Shown: one piece after another, positions 30,733 to 41,379 of the stretch
Position numbering within the stretch: the first letter of the stretch is position 1
Layout: every line of letters begins with the position of its first letter
NCBI GenBank assembly: GCA_040882865.1
Contig: JBBEAN010000003.1
Coordinates: 33,085-97,084, forward strand
DNA length: 64,000 nucleotides
Direction: 5' to 3'
Origin: Gammaproteobacteria bacterium
GTDB lineage: Bacteria > Pseudomonadota > Gammaproteobacteria > Natronospirales > JAIVGZ01
Translations under genes and position numbers: made by a program
Notes under the pieces: model-generated
Database searches by the model: none
Told to the model about the DNA's origin: nothing
What the model saw: only the letters and a program-made list of their open reading frames with translations

Positions 30733-31298
30733 TGCCGCGGATTAACCTACTGCCATGGCGCGAAGAGCGGCTCAAGGAACAGCAGAAATCGTTCGGTATC
30801 GCCGCCATCGTGGTGGTCGCCACCGGCGCATTGGTCGTCTATGTCGCGATGCAGACGGTGAGCGGCATGATCGAGCACCAGCAGGCGCGAAACGCTTACC
30901 TGCAAAATGAGATCAAGGCACTCGACGCGCGTATCGCGGAAATCCGCGAATTGGAGCAGCGAAAAGCCGCATTGCTCGCACGCATGAACATCATCGAACA
31001 ACTTCAAACGAGCCGGCCCGAGATTGTGCACCTGTTCGAGGAGTTGGTGGTGACTCTGCCGGACGGCGTCCACGTCACGTCTGTCGCCCAGACCGGATCG
31101 AACCTGGAAATCAAGGGTGTCGCCCAATCAAGCGCGCGCGTCAGCGCGTATATGCGCGCGATCGAGGGATCAGACTACCTGTCTATCGGACGACTCGACG
31201 TGATCCAGCGCGTCGGCGGGGCCGCTGATCGCGCACAGGAGTTCACGCTGCAGGCGCGGCAAATCAGCCCCGGCGCAACGCCCGAGGCCGAGCAATGA
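30732..31298 (+). CDS. pilN: type IV pilus assembly protein PilN
   Basis: MPRINLLPWREERLKEQQ followed by a TM helix. Its ATG overlaps the pilM TGA. Confidence 0.92.
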   Translation: MPRINLLPWREERLKEQQKSFGIAAIVVVATGALVVYVAMQTVSGMIEHQQARNAYLQNEIKALDARIAEIRELEQRKAALLARMNIIEQLQTSRPEIVHLFEELVVTLPDGVHVTSVAQTGSNLEIKGVAQSSARVSAYMRAIEGSDYLSIGRLDVIQRVGGAADRAQEFTLQARQISPGATPEAEQ

Positions 31299-31936
31299 AC
31301 CTCGATGAACTCCGCAAGCTAGACCCCAACCAAATTGGTGCTTGGCCGTGGCCGCTGCGGGCAATTGTGCTTGCCGTGATTTTCGTTGGCGTCCTCGTCG
31401 CGGGCTATATGTTCGTGATCAAGGACATGCTGGTCGAGAAGGACGCAGTCGTCGCCGAGGAAGCCACGCTTCGCGCGCAGCTCGACACGAAGCAGCGCCG
31501 GGCCGCGGCATTGGATCAATACCGGGCGCAAATCGACGAGATGGAACGCACCTTCGGCGCGATGCTGCGGCAGTTGCCGGGCGAGACCGAAGTCGAAAAC
31601 CTGCTGGTCGACATCTCCCAGTCGGCGCTCGCCGCCGGCCTCGAGCAGGAGCTGTTCCAGCCGCAGCGCGAGGTCACGCGAGACTTCTATGCGGAACTGC
31701 CAATCCAGATGCGCTTGACCGGCGGCTTTCACGAATTTGCAACGTTCGCCAGCAACGTCGCTGCGCTGCCGCGAATCGTTACGCTGCATGACATCAAGAT
31801 TTCACCAGCGGGCTCAACCCGAGGCGCCGCGGCGACGAAGGGCGGCCTGACGATGGTCCTGACAGCGAAGACCTATCGCTATCTCGACGAATCGCAGGCA
31901 CCGGCACGGCCGGCGCCTCAGCGAGGCCGCCGATGA
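31295..31936 (+). CDS. pilO: type IV pilus assembly protein PilO
   Basis: TM helix, a coiled coil and the PilO core (ELPIQMRLTGGFHEFATF). It overlaps the pilN stop. Confidence 0.9.
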   Translation: MNLDELRKLDPNQIGAWPWPLRAIVLAVIFVGVLVAGYMFVIKDMLVEKDAVVAEEATLRAQLDTKQRRAAALDQYRAQIDEMERTFGAMLRQLPGETEVENLLVDISQSALAAGLEQELFQPQREVTRDFYAELPIQMRLTGGFHEFATFASNVAALPRIVTLHDIKISPAGSTRGAAATKGGLTMVLTAKTYRYLDESQAPARPAPQRGRR

Positions 31937-32457
31937 ACGCACCCCTGCGTATCGCGTTGATTACGGCTGGCGCCGCGGTGCTGCTGTCGGGCTGTACCCG
32001 CGACATGAGCGACCTCGAAGCGTGGGTCGAAGAAATCAAACGCCGCCCAGCCATACGAATCGAACCGCTACCCCAGGTGAAGCCGTACGAAACGTTCGCG
32101 TACACGGCGCACGAACACCGTTCGCCGTTCGTACCCAGCGCACCGGTGCGCCAGCAGGTTGCGGACGATGGCACCGGCGGGGTTCGTCCGGACGCGGACC
32201 GCAATCGAGAATACCTCGAGGACTTCCCGCTCGATACACTGCGCATGGTCGGCACGGTCACGATGGGCGGCGAAACTTACGCATTGATCCGCAACAGCGA
32301 CGGATCGGTGCATCGCGTCAGGGTCGGAAATTATCTTGGCCAGAACCACGGCCGCATAACCGCAATCAGCGAGATCTCAGTCACGCTGATTGAAATCATT
32401 CCGGACGGCACGGGCGGTTGGACCGAACGCGCCGCCGCCGTTGCGCTGAGCGAATAG
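31933..32457 (+). CDS. pilP: type IV pilus assembly lipoprotein PilP
   Basis: Lipobox LLSGC and a PilP beta-sandwich C-terminus (YALIRNSDGSVHRVRVGNYLG). Confidence 0.9.
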   Translation: MNAPLRIALITAGAAVLLSGCTRDMSDLEAWVEEIKRRPAIRIEPLPQVKPYETFAYTAHEHRSPFVPSAPVRQQVADDGTGGVRPDADRNREYLEDFPLDTLRMVGTVTMGGETYALIRNSDGSVHRVRVGNYLGQNHGRITAISEISVTLIEIIPDGTGGWTERAAAVALSE

Positions 32458-32475
32458 GCGTACGAGGATACTGCG

Positions 32476-34596
32476 ATGAACAGAATAGTCCTACTCATGC
32501 TGCTTGCGGCAATCGCGTTTCCCGCGCCCGCGCTCTCGCAGGCGAGTTCTTCTCTCCAGTCCATCGAAGCGTCGGGACTCCCTGGTGACGGGGTTCAGGT
32601 CCGTATGAAATTGTCGGGTCCGCCAGCCGATCCGCTGAGCTTCACGATCGATCGTCCGGCGCGCATCTCGTTCGACCTCCCTGGCACAACGAACGCACTA
32701 CAGCAACGGCGCCAGGACGTCGGCATCGGGCCGCTGACCACCATCACCAGCGCGGAAGCGCAGGGTCGTACGCGTGTCGTGTTCAACCTGACCGAAGTCA
32801 CTCCCTACGAGACCCGCATCGAGGGCAACGACATCGTCGTGATGCTGCGCCCGACGGCGACCGCTGGACGCGCGACCCAATTCACGTCGGTCACGCCGCG
32901 CGAAGATGCGCCGAGGCGCGCGACACACGAGATCGAGAATGTCGACTTTCGCCGTGGGCCCGCGGGCGAAGGCCGTGTGGTCGTACATCTCTCGGACCCG
33001 TCGGTCATTGTCGCGCTCCGCGAAGACGGGAGCCGCGTCTTGGTCGATTTCCGTAACGCGAGTGTCGCTGATGAACTGATACGGCAGCTCGACGTGACCG
33101 ATTTTGCGACACCGGTCGAATCGATCGAGACGCGTCGCGTCGGTTCCAGCGTGCAACTCACCATCAACGGCACCGGGCGTTTCAACCAGATTGCGTACCA
33201 ATCGGATAATTTGTTCACGGTGGAGCTCAAGCCAGTCACGGAGGCGGAACTCGCGCAGCAACGCCGCACCGAGCAGGAGTTCGACGGCGAGCGTCTGACG
33301 CTCAACTTCCAGGATATCGAGACGCGCGCGGTCCTCCAGATCATCGCCGACATCTCGGGGTTGAACCTCGTCGTCAGCGACAGCGTCGGTGGCAACCTCA
33401 CGCTACGCTTGCAGAACGTGCCATGGGATCAGGCACTCGACATCATCCTGCGCACCAAAGGGCTCGGCATGCGCCAGACCGGCAACGTGATGCTGGTGGC
33501 GCCCGCGGAAGAAATCGCGGCGCGCGAGCGTACCCAGCTCCAGTCGCAACAGGACGTACAGGAACTCGCACCGCTACGCTCGGAGTTCATCCAGATCAAT
33601 TACGCGAAAGCATCTGAGCTCGCGTCGCTGCTACGCTCCGAGGGCACAAGCCTCATGTCCGCGCGCGGCAACGTCTCCATCGACGAACGCACGAACACGC
33701 TGCTCGTCCAGGATACTGACGACCGCCTCGAGGATATCCGGCGCATGGTCCGACTGCTCGACGTGCCGATTCGGCAGGTCCTGATTGAGTCGCGCATCGT
33801 GGTTGCGAACAGCGACTTCACGAAGGAGCTCGGCGCGCGCTTCGGCACCACTCACGTCCGTCGACACGGCGATAGCGGCATCATCGGTACGACCGGTAGC
33901 CTCGCGGCATCGGATATCATGGCGGCCTCCGCTATCAGCAACGTCGGCAATACCGGACAACCATTCCCGGTACAGATTCCGACCGGCAACCCCGCTGACC
34001 GCCTGAACGTTAACCTGCCGGTCGCGGGCGCCGCCGGTCGCGCAGCATTCGCGATCCTCGGCTCCGACTACCTCGTCGACCTCGAATTGTCTGCCCTGCA
34101 GGCGGAGGGACGCGGCGAAGTCGTGTCGAGCCCACGGGTGCTTACAGCGAACCAGCGCGAAGGTTCCATCGAACAGGGCGTCCAAATCCCCTACCAAGAG
34201 GCGTCATCGAGTGGCGCGACCACCACCAACTTCCAGGAAGCGGTGCTGAGCTTGCGCGTGACCCCGCAAATCACGCCCGACAATCGGGTGATCATGGACC
34301 TCGAAGTGCGCAACGACACCGTCGGCCAACAGGTTCCGAGCGCGACGGGCGGGTTCGTACCCAGTATCGACACGCGTAGCATCGTCACGCAAGTACTCGT
34401 TGACGACGGCGAAACCGTCGTACTCGGCGGCATTTATGAAACTCAACGTCGCGAGGCAGAGACCAAAGTCCCCTTGCTCGGCGATATTCCTGTGCTCGGC
34501 ATGATGTTCCGAACACGTAGCTCGATCACCGACAAGGCCGAACTTCTGATCTTCGTCACGCCGAAGATCGTCAAGGAAGGCATGCGGTTGAACTGA
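32476..34596 (+). CDS. pilQ: type IV pilus secretin PilQ
   Basis: 706 aa with AMIN-like N-terminal repeats, a secretin N domain and a secretin C domain (VPLLGDIPVLGMMFR). Confidence 0.95.
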   Translation: MNRIVLLMLLAAIAFPAPALSQASSSLQSIEASGLPGDGVQVRMKLSGPPADPLSFTIDRPARISFDLPGTTNALQQRRQDVGIGPLTTITSAEAQGRTRVVFNLTEVTPYETRIEGNDIVVMLRPTATAGRATQFTSVTPREDAPRRATHEIENVDFRRGPAGEGRVVVHLSDPSVIVALREDGSRVLVDFRNASVADELIRQLDVTDFATPVESIETRRVGSSVQLTINGTGRFNQIAYQSDNLFTVELKPVTEAELAQQRRTEQEFDGERLTLNFQDIETRAVLQIIADISGLNLVVSDSVGGNLTLRLQNVPWDQALDIILRTKGLGMRQTGNVMLVAPAEEIAARERTQLQSQQDVQELAPLRSEFIQINYAKASELASLLRSEGTSLMSARGNVSIDERTNTLLVQDTDDRLEDIRRMVRLLDVPIRQVLIESRIVVANSDFTKELGARFGTTHVRRHGDSGIIGTTGSLAASDIMAASAISNVGNTGQPFPVQIPTGNPADRLNVNLPVAGAAGRAAFAILGSDYLVDLELSALQAEGRGEVVSSPRVLTANQREGSIEQGVQIPYQEASSSGATTTNFQEAVLSLRVTPQITPDNRVIMDLEVRNDTVGQQVPSATGGFVPSIDTRSIVTQVLVDDGETVVLGGIYETQRREAETKVPLLGDIPVLGMMFRTRSSITDKAELLIFVTPKIVKEGMRLN

Positions 34597-34598
34597 CG

Positions 34599-35108
34599 AT
34601 GGGGCTGTTCCTCGTCGGGCCGATGGGTGCCGGCAAGAGCGCCATCGGACGCGAGCTCGCCCGCATGCTACGCCGCCCGTTTTTTGACTCTGATTCGGTA
34701 ATCCAGGAACGCACCGGCGCCGACATCGGCTTTATTTTCGACCGCGAAGGCGAGGTGGGCTTCCGCGCACGCGAGCGCCACGTCATTGACGAACTGACAT
34801 TGATTCCCGACGCCGTCGTCGCCACCGGTGGCGGTGCTGTGCTCGACACCGGCAGTCGCGACGCACTCGTGTCACGCGGCACGGTTGTCTACCTCTACAC
34901 GTCCATCGAATACCAACTTTCGCGTACGCGTGCCAGCACGACGCGACCGCTACTGGACACCGCGGATCCTGCCGACCGTCTCGCGTCACTCTATGCAGAG
35001 CGCGACCCGTTATACCGCGCAATCGCCGATTTCACGGTGTCGACGGATGGGCGCCGCGTGCGGACGGTTGCGCTTGAAATCGTGGGGTTACTCAAGTGCA
35101 ACGACTGA
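34599..35108 (+). CDS. aroK: shikimate kinase
   Basis: LVGPMGAGKSAIGRELA Walker A, in the conserved pilQ-aroK-aroB order. Confidence 0.93.
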   Translation: MGLFLVGPMGAGKSAIGRELARMLRRPFFDSDSVIQERTGADIGFIFDREGEVGFRARERHVIDELTLIPDAVVATGGGAVLDTGSRDALVSRGTVVYLYTSIEYQLSRTRASTTRPLLDTADPADRLASLYAERDPLYRAIADFTVSTDGRRVRTVALEIVGLLKCND

Positions 35109-36178
35109 CCGTCGACCTCGGATCACGCAGTTACTCGATCTTGATCGGCGCCGGGCTGCTCGGCGAGTCGACTGCCTACGACGGCGCACTCGGCGACCGC
35201 AGCTTGGTCGTGACCAGCGAGGCAGTCGCCGATTTGCACTTGGCATCCGTGCGCTCCGCGCTCGCGCAACATCCACACGAAGTTGTCGTCCTGCCCGACG
35301 GTGATGCCGCGAAAACGCTCGCGACCGTCGAACGGCTCTGCGGCGCCGCGGCTACCGCGGGGCTCGACCGCGGCGGCACGTTCATCGCGCTCGGTGGCGG
35401 CGCGATTGGCGACGTCACGGGGCTCGCTGCCTCGCTGTACCAGCGTGGTGTCCCGTACCTGCAACTGCCGACGACACTGCTCGCCCAGGTTGATTCGTCG
35501 GTCGGCGGAAAGACGGCGGTCAATCATGCCGTAGCCAAGAACCTGATCGGCACGTTCCACCAGCCATCGCGTGTGATCGCGGACGTCGCGACGTTGCGCA
35601 CCCTCCCCGCGCGCGAGTTGCGCTCTGGCCTCGGCGAAGTCATCAAATATGCGGTGCTTGAGGGTGAGGCATGGATGGCGGACCTGGAGCGAGAGATGGC
35701 GGGCCTGCTAGCGAGGGATGAAGACGCGCTGGCCGCGACCGTTGCGCGGTGTTGCGCCGCGAAATCCGCAGTGGTTGCGGCCGATGAGCGCGACGTGGGC
35801 GCACGGGTCAACCTGAATCTCGGCCATTCGTTTGGCCACGCGCTTGAGACGGCCTTTGAGGGCGCATTGCTGCACGGCGAGGCGGTCGCGCTTGGCTGCG
35901 TAATGGCCGCGCGGCTATCGCAGTCGCTCGGTTGGTTGCCTGCACGCGATGCGGCGCGCATTTCCGCCCTGACAAATGCGGCCGACCTGCCCGTCCTACT
36001 GCCGTCTCCGGCGCCCTCTGCGGAGCACCTGCTTGAAATCATGCAGCACGACAAGAAGGCCGCGCGCGGCGTGGTCCGACTGGTACTTCTGCGCGCGCTC
36101 GGCGAGCCGGTCTTCACGGGCGACTACCCGCATGCCGCGCTGGTATTGATGCTGCGGGACTTTACAATGCAGCCATGA
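35096..36178 (+). CDS. aroB: 3-dehydroquinate synthase
   Basis: 360-aa DHQS pattern ([10 protein letters not shown] ... [12 protein letters not shown]). Confidence 0.94.
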   Translation: MQRLTVDLGSRSYSILIGAGLLGESTAYDGALGDRSLVVTSEAVADLHLASVRSALAQHPHEVVVLPDGDAAKTLATVERLCGAAATAGLDRGGTFIALGGGAIGDVTGLAASLYQRGVPYLQLPTTLLAQVDSSVGGKTAVNHAVAKNLIGTFHQPSRVIADVATLRTLPARELRSGLGEVIKYAVLEGEAWMADLEREMAGLLARDEDALAATVARCCAAKSAVVAADERDVGARVNLNLGHSFGHALETAFEGALLHGEAVALGCVMAARLSQSLGWLPARDAARISALTNAADLPVLLPSPAPSAEHLLEIMQHDKKAARGVVRLVLLRALGEPVFTGDYPHAALVLMLRDFTMQP

Positions 36179-37317
36179 ATCCCTACGCCGCCGACCCGAC
36201 CCGAAGCCGCGGCCGGCGCCACGACGAGCCGGCGCCGACCGGTCGATCCGAGTTCCAACGCGACCGCGACCGCATCCTCCACTCAGGTGCGTTCCGCAGG
36301 CTCGAGTACAAGACGCAGGTCTTCGTGAACCACGAGGGGGACATGTTCCGTACGCGTCTGACGCATTCGCTCGAGGTCGCACAGATCGCGCGCACAGCCA
36401 CGCGTTCGCTCGGGCTCAACGAAGACCTGGTCGAGGCCATCGCGCTCGCGCACGATCTCGGGCACACACCGTTCGGCCACGCCGGTCAGGACGCACTCAA
36501 CGAGTGCATGAAGCCCTACGGTGGCTTCGAGCACAACCTCCAGTCGTTGCGGGTCGTGGACGAGCTCGAACAGAAATATGCGCAATTCAACGGCCTGAAC
36601 CTCACCTTCGAGACACGCGAGGGCATCCTGAAACACTGCGCGCTCGACGCGGCGCGCGCGCTCGGCGACGTCGGCCAACGGTTCATCGACAAGAGTTGGC
36701 CCGGCGCCGAAGCGCAGCTCGCGAACGTCGCCGACGAAATCGCGTACAACAATCACGACGTCGACGACGGCATCCGCGCCGGCTTAGTGACGATTGACGG
36801 GTTGCGCGAGACGCGATTGTTCCGAGAACAGCACGATGCCGTCATCAAGCGCTACCCCGACGCACCCTTGCGGCGCCAGGTCCACGAGACAATCCGGCGC
36901 ATGATCGACCGGCAGGTGACAGATCTCGTCTCCGCGAGCGGTGCGGCCCTTGCGGCGCGAGCGCCGGCCGACATCGACGCAGTCCGCACGGCGGGGTCAG
37001 CCTCCATCCATTTCAGCGACGAGATGCGTGAGATCAACCTCGAGCTGAAGCGCTTCCTCCGCAAGGAGCTGTACCAACACTACCGTGTCCACCGAATGAC
37101 GCTGAAGGCCCGCCGTGTGGTCCGCGTGCTGTTCGACGCGTTTTTTGGAGATACGCGCCTGTTGCCCCCTTCGTTCGCCACGCGGTCGCACGCGCTTGAG
37201 GCCGACCAGGGTGCCAACGGCCGAGCACGCGCCACCGCGGATTACATCGCGGGAATGACCGACCGCTATGCAATCGCGGAATATGAGCGCATCCAAGACC
37301 CCGCGCGCTCCGGCTAA
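36175..37317 (+). CDS. dgt: deoxyguanosinetriphosphate triphosphohydrolase-like protein
   Basis: HD domain ([13 protein letters not shown] ... [10 protein letters not shown]) and a dGTPase-type N-terminus ([16 protein letters not shown]). Confidence 0.88.
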   Translation: MNPYAADPTRSRGRRHDEPAPTGRSEFQRDRDRILHSGAFRRLEYKTQVFVNHEGDMFRTRLTHSLEVAQIARTATRSLGLNEDLVEAIALAHDLGHTPFGHAGQDALNECMKPYGGFEHNLQSLRVVDELEQKYAQFNGLNLTFETREGILKHCALDAARALGDVGQRFIDKSWPGAEAQLANVADEIAYNNHDVDDGIRAGLVTIDGLRETRLFREQHDAVIKRYPDAPLRRQVHETIRRMIDRQVTDLVSASGAALAARAPADIDAVRTAGSASIHFSDEMREINLELKRFLRKELYQHYRVHRMTLKARRVVRVLFDAFFGDTRLLPPSFATRSHALEADQGANGRARATADYIAGMTDRYAIAEYERIQDPARSG

Positions 37318-37432
37318 CTTTATGTAACGCCTTGCGAGTTGGCCAAATATACTTGTTTTCGTTAGGAATACGACCTAGAATCCAACGCATAAAAGGACCA
37401 ATGCCCGCGCAGTCGCGGGCCGGGAGTCGAGT

Positions 37433-39382
37433 ATGGCGTGGGGACCGAAGACCAGAATCGCAGCGGTGTTTGTTTTCGCACTGCTGGCATCCTGTAACAG
37501 CGACGATGCGTTTGTCGGACCCGGTGGTGGTGGCGGTGGGGGCGGCCCCGGCGATCCGGTCGACCCTGTCGCAGCCAACATCGTTCTGCTCGCGGATCCT
37601 CCGGTCCTGGCGTCGAACGCAATCAACGATGAAAACGGCGTCACTATTACGGCGATTGTCCGTGACACGTCGAATAACGTCGTCCCGAACGTGCCGCTGA
37701 CCTTTTCGGCCGACTCCGGTGCGTTGACCGTGTTGGACAATGTCACCAACGAGAATGGGCGCGCCACTGCGACGCTCACCACCGGCGGCGACCCGCAAAA
37801 CCGGACCACCACCGTGACCGTTTCGGCGGGCGAGGTTGAAAGCACGATTACCATCGACGTCACCGGTACCCGGATCAGTGTCTCGGGCGCGACGTCGCTC
37901 GAGGCCGGCGAGACCGAGACCTATACGGTATCCCTGATTCACTCAGGCGGCGCCGGCATCCGCGACGTTACGGTGCAAGCGACATCCGAGAACGGCAACA
38001 CCATCTCACCGGCAACCGCCGTCACCGCCGTGGACGGGACCGCCGAGTTCGATGTCACGGGAACGGCCGGCGGCGAGGACACGCTGACGTTCACCGGCCT
38101 CGGCCTATCGGTGTCGACCGACGTGCTCGTTTCGTCGTATGGCATCACATTTTCGGCACCGGCCGCGAATGCCGAAATTGCATTCGGCGACAGCGTGACG
38201 GTGAATATCGTGCTTCGCCAGGACGGCACACCGCTCGATGGTGAAGAAATATTGTTCAGCACGACCCGCGGCACTTTGTCCTCGTTTACGCAAACGACCG
38301 CTGGTGGTGGCCTCGCGTCCGTCACGCTCACGGCCACGGGCTCTGACGGCGCCGGCCCGGTCATCGTCACGGCGCGCGGCCCCGAGGACGTGACCCGTCG
38401 GCTCGCGCTCGAATTCGTGTCGACGACCCCGACCGCGATCGAGGTCCAGGCGTCACCGTCGACGATCGCGCCCGAAGGGACGGCAGCCATCACCGCGGTC
38501 GTGACCGACCCGGATGGTAATCCCGTCAAGGGGGAGGCGGTCCGCTTTTCGTTGAGCGACCTGTCGGGCGGTCAGCTGTTGTCCTCGACCGACGTCACCG
38601 ACAGCCAGGGCGTGGCGCGCTCTACTTATCAGGCCGGCACGGCGTCGTCGGCCCTGAACGGCGTAGAAATCAACGCGGATTTCGGCGACCCTGTAATTTC
38701 GAGCGACGTCGCGACAGTGACGGTCGCGGCGCCGACGGTGTTCATGGTGCTCGGCACCGACAACCAAATAGAAAAACACGATGAAGACGCGACCTACTCG
38801 AAAGTATTCAACGCCCTCATCACCGACTCAGCGGGTAATCCGGCCTCGCCGGATACCGTGTTCCGCCTCACGCTGCGCTCGCTCGAGTACCAGAAAGGGT
38901 TTATGGCCCTGCCTGCGCCGCCAGACACCGGCGACTGGGTACCGGTTTGGTTGGTCTCCGACACCGATCCATTCTTCGGCATGCCGAACGGCAGTCCGCC
39001 GCCGACCTTCGGACCGTACTACGGTTATGGCCCGTTCGGCTGCCGCAGCGAAGACCCACTGGGGACGGGCAACATCAACCTCGCGGCGTTCGGCGATTAC
39101 AACAACAATGGCCAAATCGACCCGCCCAGCGTCGCATCGGTACCATCGACCGTAGAAATCAACGAAGACGGTATCGCGTCGTTCAGGATTCGCTGGCCGC
39201 AAAACTACGCGCTTTGGGTGCTCGTACGGCTCACCGCGACGGCGTCGGTCGACGGCACGGAGTCGACACGCAACCTGGACTTCGTCCTCCCGATTGCGGT
39301 CGAAGACCTGAACGCAAACGCGTTCCCGCCGAACCAAGTGAGCCCCTTCGGCGTCGCGGCGGATTGCACAAACCCGACCTGA
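37433..39382 (+). CDS. lipoprotein with tandem bacterial Ig-like (Big_1/invasin-type) repeats and an unassigned C-terminal domain
   Basis: Lipobox FALLASC and a Gly-rich linker GPGGGGGGGGPG. At least four repeats of about 90 aa are present (e.g. ITAIVRDTSNNVVPNVPLTF, ITAVVTDPDGNPVKGEAVRFS). I do not recognise the last ~220 aa. Confidence 0.75.
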   Translation: MAWGPKTRIAAVFVFALLASCNSDDAFVGPGGGGGGGGPGDPVDPVAANIVLLADPPVLASNAINDENGVTITAIVRDTSNNVVPNVPLTFSADSGALTVLDNVTNENGRATATLTTGGDPQNRTTTVTVSAGEVESTITIDVTGTRISVSGATSLEAGETETYTVSLIHSGGAGIRDVTVQATSENGNTISPATAVTAVDGTAEFDVTGTAGGEDTLTFTGLGLSVSTDVLVSSYGITFSAPAANAEIAFGDSVTVNIVLRQDGTPLDGEEILFSTTRGTLSSFTQTTAGGGLASVTLTATGSDGAGPVIVTARGPEDVTRRLALEFVSTTPTAIEVQASPSTIAPEGTAAITAVVTDPDGNPVKGEAVRFSLSDLSGGQLLSSTDVTDSQGVARSTYQAGTASSALNGVEINADFGDPVISSDVATVTVAAPTVFMVLGTDNQIEKHDEDATYSKVFNALITDSAGNPASPDTVFRLTLRSLEYQKGFMALPAPPDTGDWVPVWLVSDTDPFFGMPNGSPPPTFGPYYGYGPFGCRSEDPLGTGNINLAAFGDYNNNGQIDPPSVASVPSTVEINEDGIASFRIRWPQNYALWVLVRLTATASVDGTESTRNLDFVLPIAVEDLNANAFPPNQVSPFGVAADCTNPT

Positions 39383-39390
39383 CCGAGTAA

Positions 39391-39420
39391 CGCGCGGGCC
39401 GCCTAGCGCGGGCCCGCGCG
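39391..39420 (+). terminator. GC-rich hairpin after the Ig-repeat gene
   Basis: CGCGCGGGCC (39391-400) is perfectly complementary to GGCCCGCGCG (39411-20) around a 10-nt loop. No U tract follows. Confidence 0.4.
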
Positions 39421-39433
39421 GTATAATTCGTCG

Positions 39434-40144
39434 ATGAAATCCATCGACTCCCGCGACCGCCTCATCTTCGCGCTCGACGTGCCCGATGCCGCGGCCGCTC
39501 GCGCGCTCGTCGAACGGCTCGGCGATTCCGTCCGTTTCTACAAACTCGGCCTTGAGCTCTTCATGTCCGGCGGTTACTTCGAGCTGCTCGACTGGCTGAC
39601 TGCGCGCGACAAGCTCGTGTTCGTGGACCTGAAGTTCTTCGATGTCCCCGCAACCGTCGCCGCGGCAGTACGGAGCCTGCGCGACCGTGGCGCGACGTTC
39701 GCGACGGTCCACGGCAACCAGTCAATCATGGAAGCGGCGGCGGCCGAGAAGGGGAATCTCAAAATACTCGCAGTGACGGTTCTCACCAGCCTCGACCGCG
39801 GCGACCTCGATGACCTCGGGTTTACCTGTGATGTCGAAAAACTGGTCGTGTCGCGCGCACGCCGGGCGCTCGAAGCCGGTTGTGACGGCGTCGTGTCGTC
39901 AGGGCTTGAGATTCCGATGCTGCGCCGCGAGGTCAGTGACCGCCTGTTCGTGGTTTCACCAGGCATCCGCCCCGTGGACAACCGGCCCGACGATGACCAG
40001 AAGCGGGTCGTGACCGTCGCGCAGGCGTTCGAGAATGGCGCTGACTACATCGTGGTCGGCAGGCCGATCCGGAACGCGCCAGACCCGCGCGCGGCTGCAG
40101 AAGCAATCCAGGATACGATCGCGGAGGTGGTCGGTGCGCGCTGA
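39434..40144 (+). CDS. pyrF: orotidine 5'-phosphate decarboxylase
   Basis: LIFALDV ... FYKLGLELF ... [13 protein letters not shown] (DxKxxD) ... VVGRPI. Confidence 0.94.
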   Translation: MKSIDSRDRLIFALDVPDAAAARALVERLGDSVRFYKLGLELFMSGGYFELLDWLTARDKLVFVDLKFFDVPATVAAAVRSLRDRGATFATVHGNQSIMEAAAAEKGNLKILAVTVLTSLDRGDLDDLGFTCDVEKLVVSRARRALEAGCDGVVSSGLEIPMLRREVSDRLFVVSPGIRPVDNRPDDDQKRVVTVAQAFENGADYIVVGRPIRNAPDPRAAAEAIQDTIAEVVGAR

Positions 40145-41198
40145 CACACCGCTGCACAACGACAACCTGTTACGCGCACTCGCGCGCGAACCGGTCAAGC
40201 GCCGGCCGGTATGGATCATGCGGCAAGCGGGTCGCTATCTACCCGAGTACAAGGCGAGCCGCGAGCGCGCGGGCAGCTTCATGCAGCTTTGTTCGACGCC
40301 GGAGCTCGCGTGCGAGGTCACGCTCCAACCGCTTGCGCGGTTCGATCTCGACGCCGCGATCCTGTTCTCCGACATCCTGACCATTCCTGACGCGATGGGC
40401 CTCGGACTTCGGTTCGTCGAGGGCGAGGGGCCGGTGTTCGACCATCCGGTCCGCAGTCGTAGCGAGATCCTGAAGCTCGGCGCGCCCGACCCGGAAGTCG
40501 AGTTGCGCTACGTGACCGATGCAGTACGGTTGATCCGCCGTGAGCTCGACGGTCGCGTTCCCTTGATTGGATTTTCCGGCAGCCCGTGGACGCTCGCCAC
40601 CTACATGGTTGAAGGTAAGTCGACGCGCGAATTCGCGCGTATCAAAGCGCTCGCGTACACCGACCCGGAGGCCTTACGCGCACTGCTCGCGACGCTTGTG
40701 ACTTCGGTCACGCGCTACCTGAACGCGCAGGTCGAGGCCGGCGCGCAAGCGCTGATGATTTTCGACACGTGGGGCGGAGCGTTGACCCCGGCCGGCTACC
40801 GGCGCTGGTCGCTCGGCCCGATGCGCGAAATCGTCTCGGGGCTACGCCGCGAGCACGAGGGCCGGCGCGTGCCGATCGTGTTGTTCACGAAGGGCGGCGG
40901 CCAGTGGCTCGAAGCGATGGCCGACAGTGGCGCGGACGCCCTCGGTGTCGATTGGACCACAGACCTCGGCGAGGCCCGTCGGCGCGTGGGCGACCGCGTC
41001 GCGCTGCAGGGTAATTTGGACCCGTCAATCCTGTACGCGGAACCGAATGACATCCGACGCGAAGTTCGCGCCGTCATCGACAGCTACGGCCCAGGTCCCG
41101 GCCATGTGTTCAATCTCGGGCACGGCATCCACCAGTGGGTGAATCCTGACCACCTTGGCGTGCTCGTCGACGAAGTCCACGCTTACAACCCGACCTGA
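40134..41198 (+). CDS. hemE: uroporphyrinogen decarboxylase
   Basis: [15 protein letters not shown] signature. In-frame GTG 40134 aligns with the E. coli HemE N-terminus, and the upstream part of the track ORF (from 40035) overlaps pyrF. Confidence 0.93.
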   Translation: MRADTPLHNDNLLRALAREPVKRRPVWIMRQAGRYLPEYKASRERAGSFMQLCSTPELACEVTLQPLARFDLDAAILFSDILTIPDAMGLGLRFVEGEGPVFDHPVRSRSEILKLGAPDPEVELRYVTDAVRLIRRELDGRVPLIGFSGSPWTLATYMVEGKSTREFARIKALAYTDPEALRALLATLVTSVTRYLNAQVEAGAQALMIFDTWGGALTPAGYRRWSLGPMREIVSGLRREHEGRRVPIVLFTKGGGQWLEAMADSGADALGVDWTTDLGEARRRVGDRVALQGNLDPSILYAEPNDIRREVRAVIDSYGPGPGHVFNLGHGIHQWVNPDHLGVLVDEVHAYNPT

Positions 41199-41205
41199 CT
41201 TACCC

Positions 41206-41330
41206 GCAGGACCGCGCGCTCCGCGCCGCGATTGCTTCGGTGGCGGCCTGCTGCGACGGCCGGACCGAACGCGCCGCTGGCCGGTCACTGTAGGAGCGGC
41301 GCCTTCGCGCCGCGACGGTCGGACCGCCGA
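41206..41330. repeat. REP-like elements (one good copy, one degenerate copy) between hemE and fadD
   Basis: 41288-41330 reads CTGTAGGAGCGGCGCCTTCGCGCCGCGACGGTCGGACCGCCGA. It shares the GAGCGRCGC-loop-GCGYCGCGA core and the trailing GGTCGGACCRCCGA with 8861-8904. 41206-41234 is a degenerate direct copy. Confidence 0.6.
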
Positions 41331-41379
41331 GGCGAACACGCCATGCCCGGCGCTGGGGAATGGTGTATCACAGGGAGGT

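Noticed and set aside
38828-39712. 294-aa minus-strand ORF spanning the Ig-repeat gene end, the hairpin and the pyrF start
   Set aside because: It crosses a strong palindrome and two well-supported plus-strand genes, and shows no family signature.
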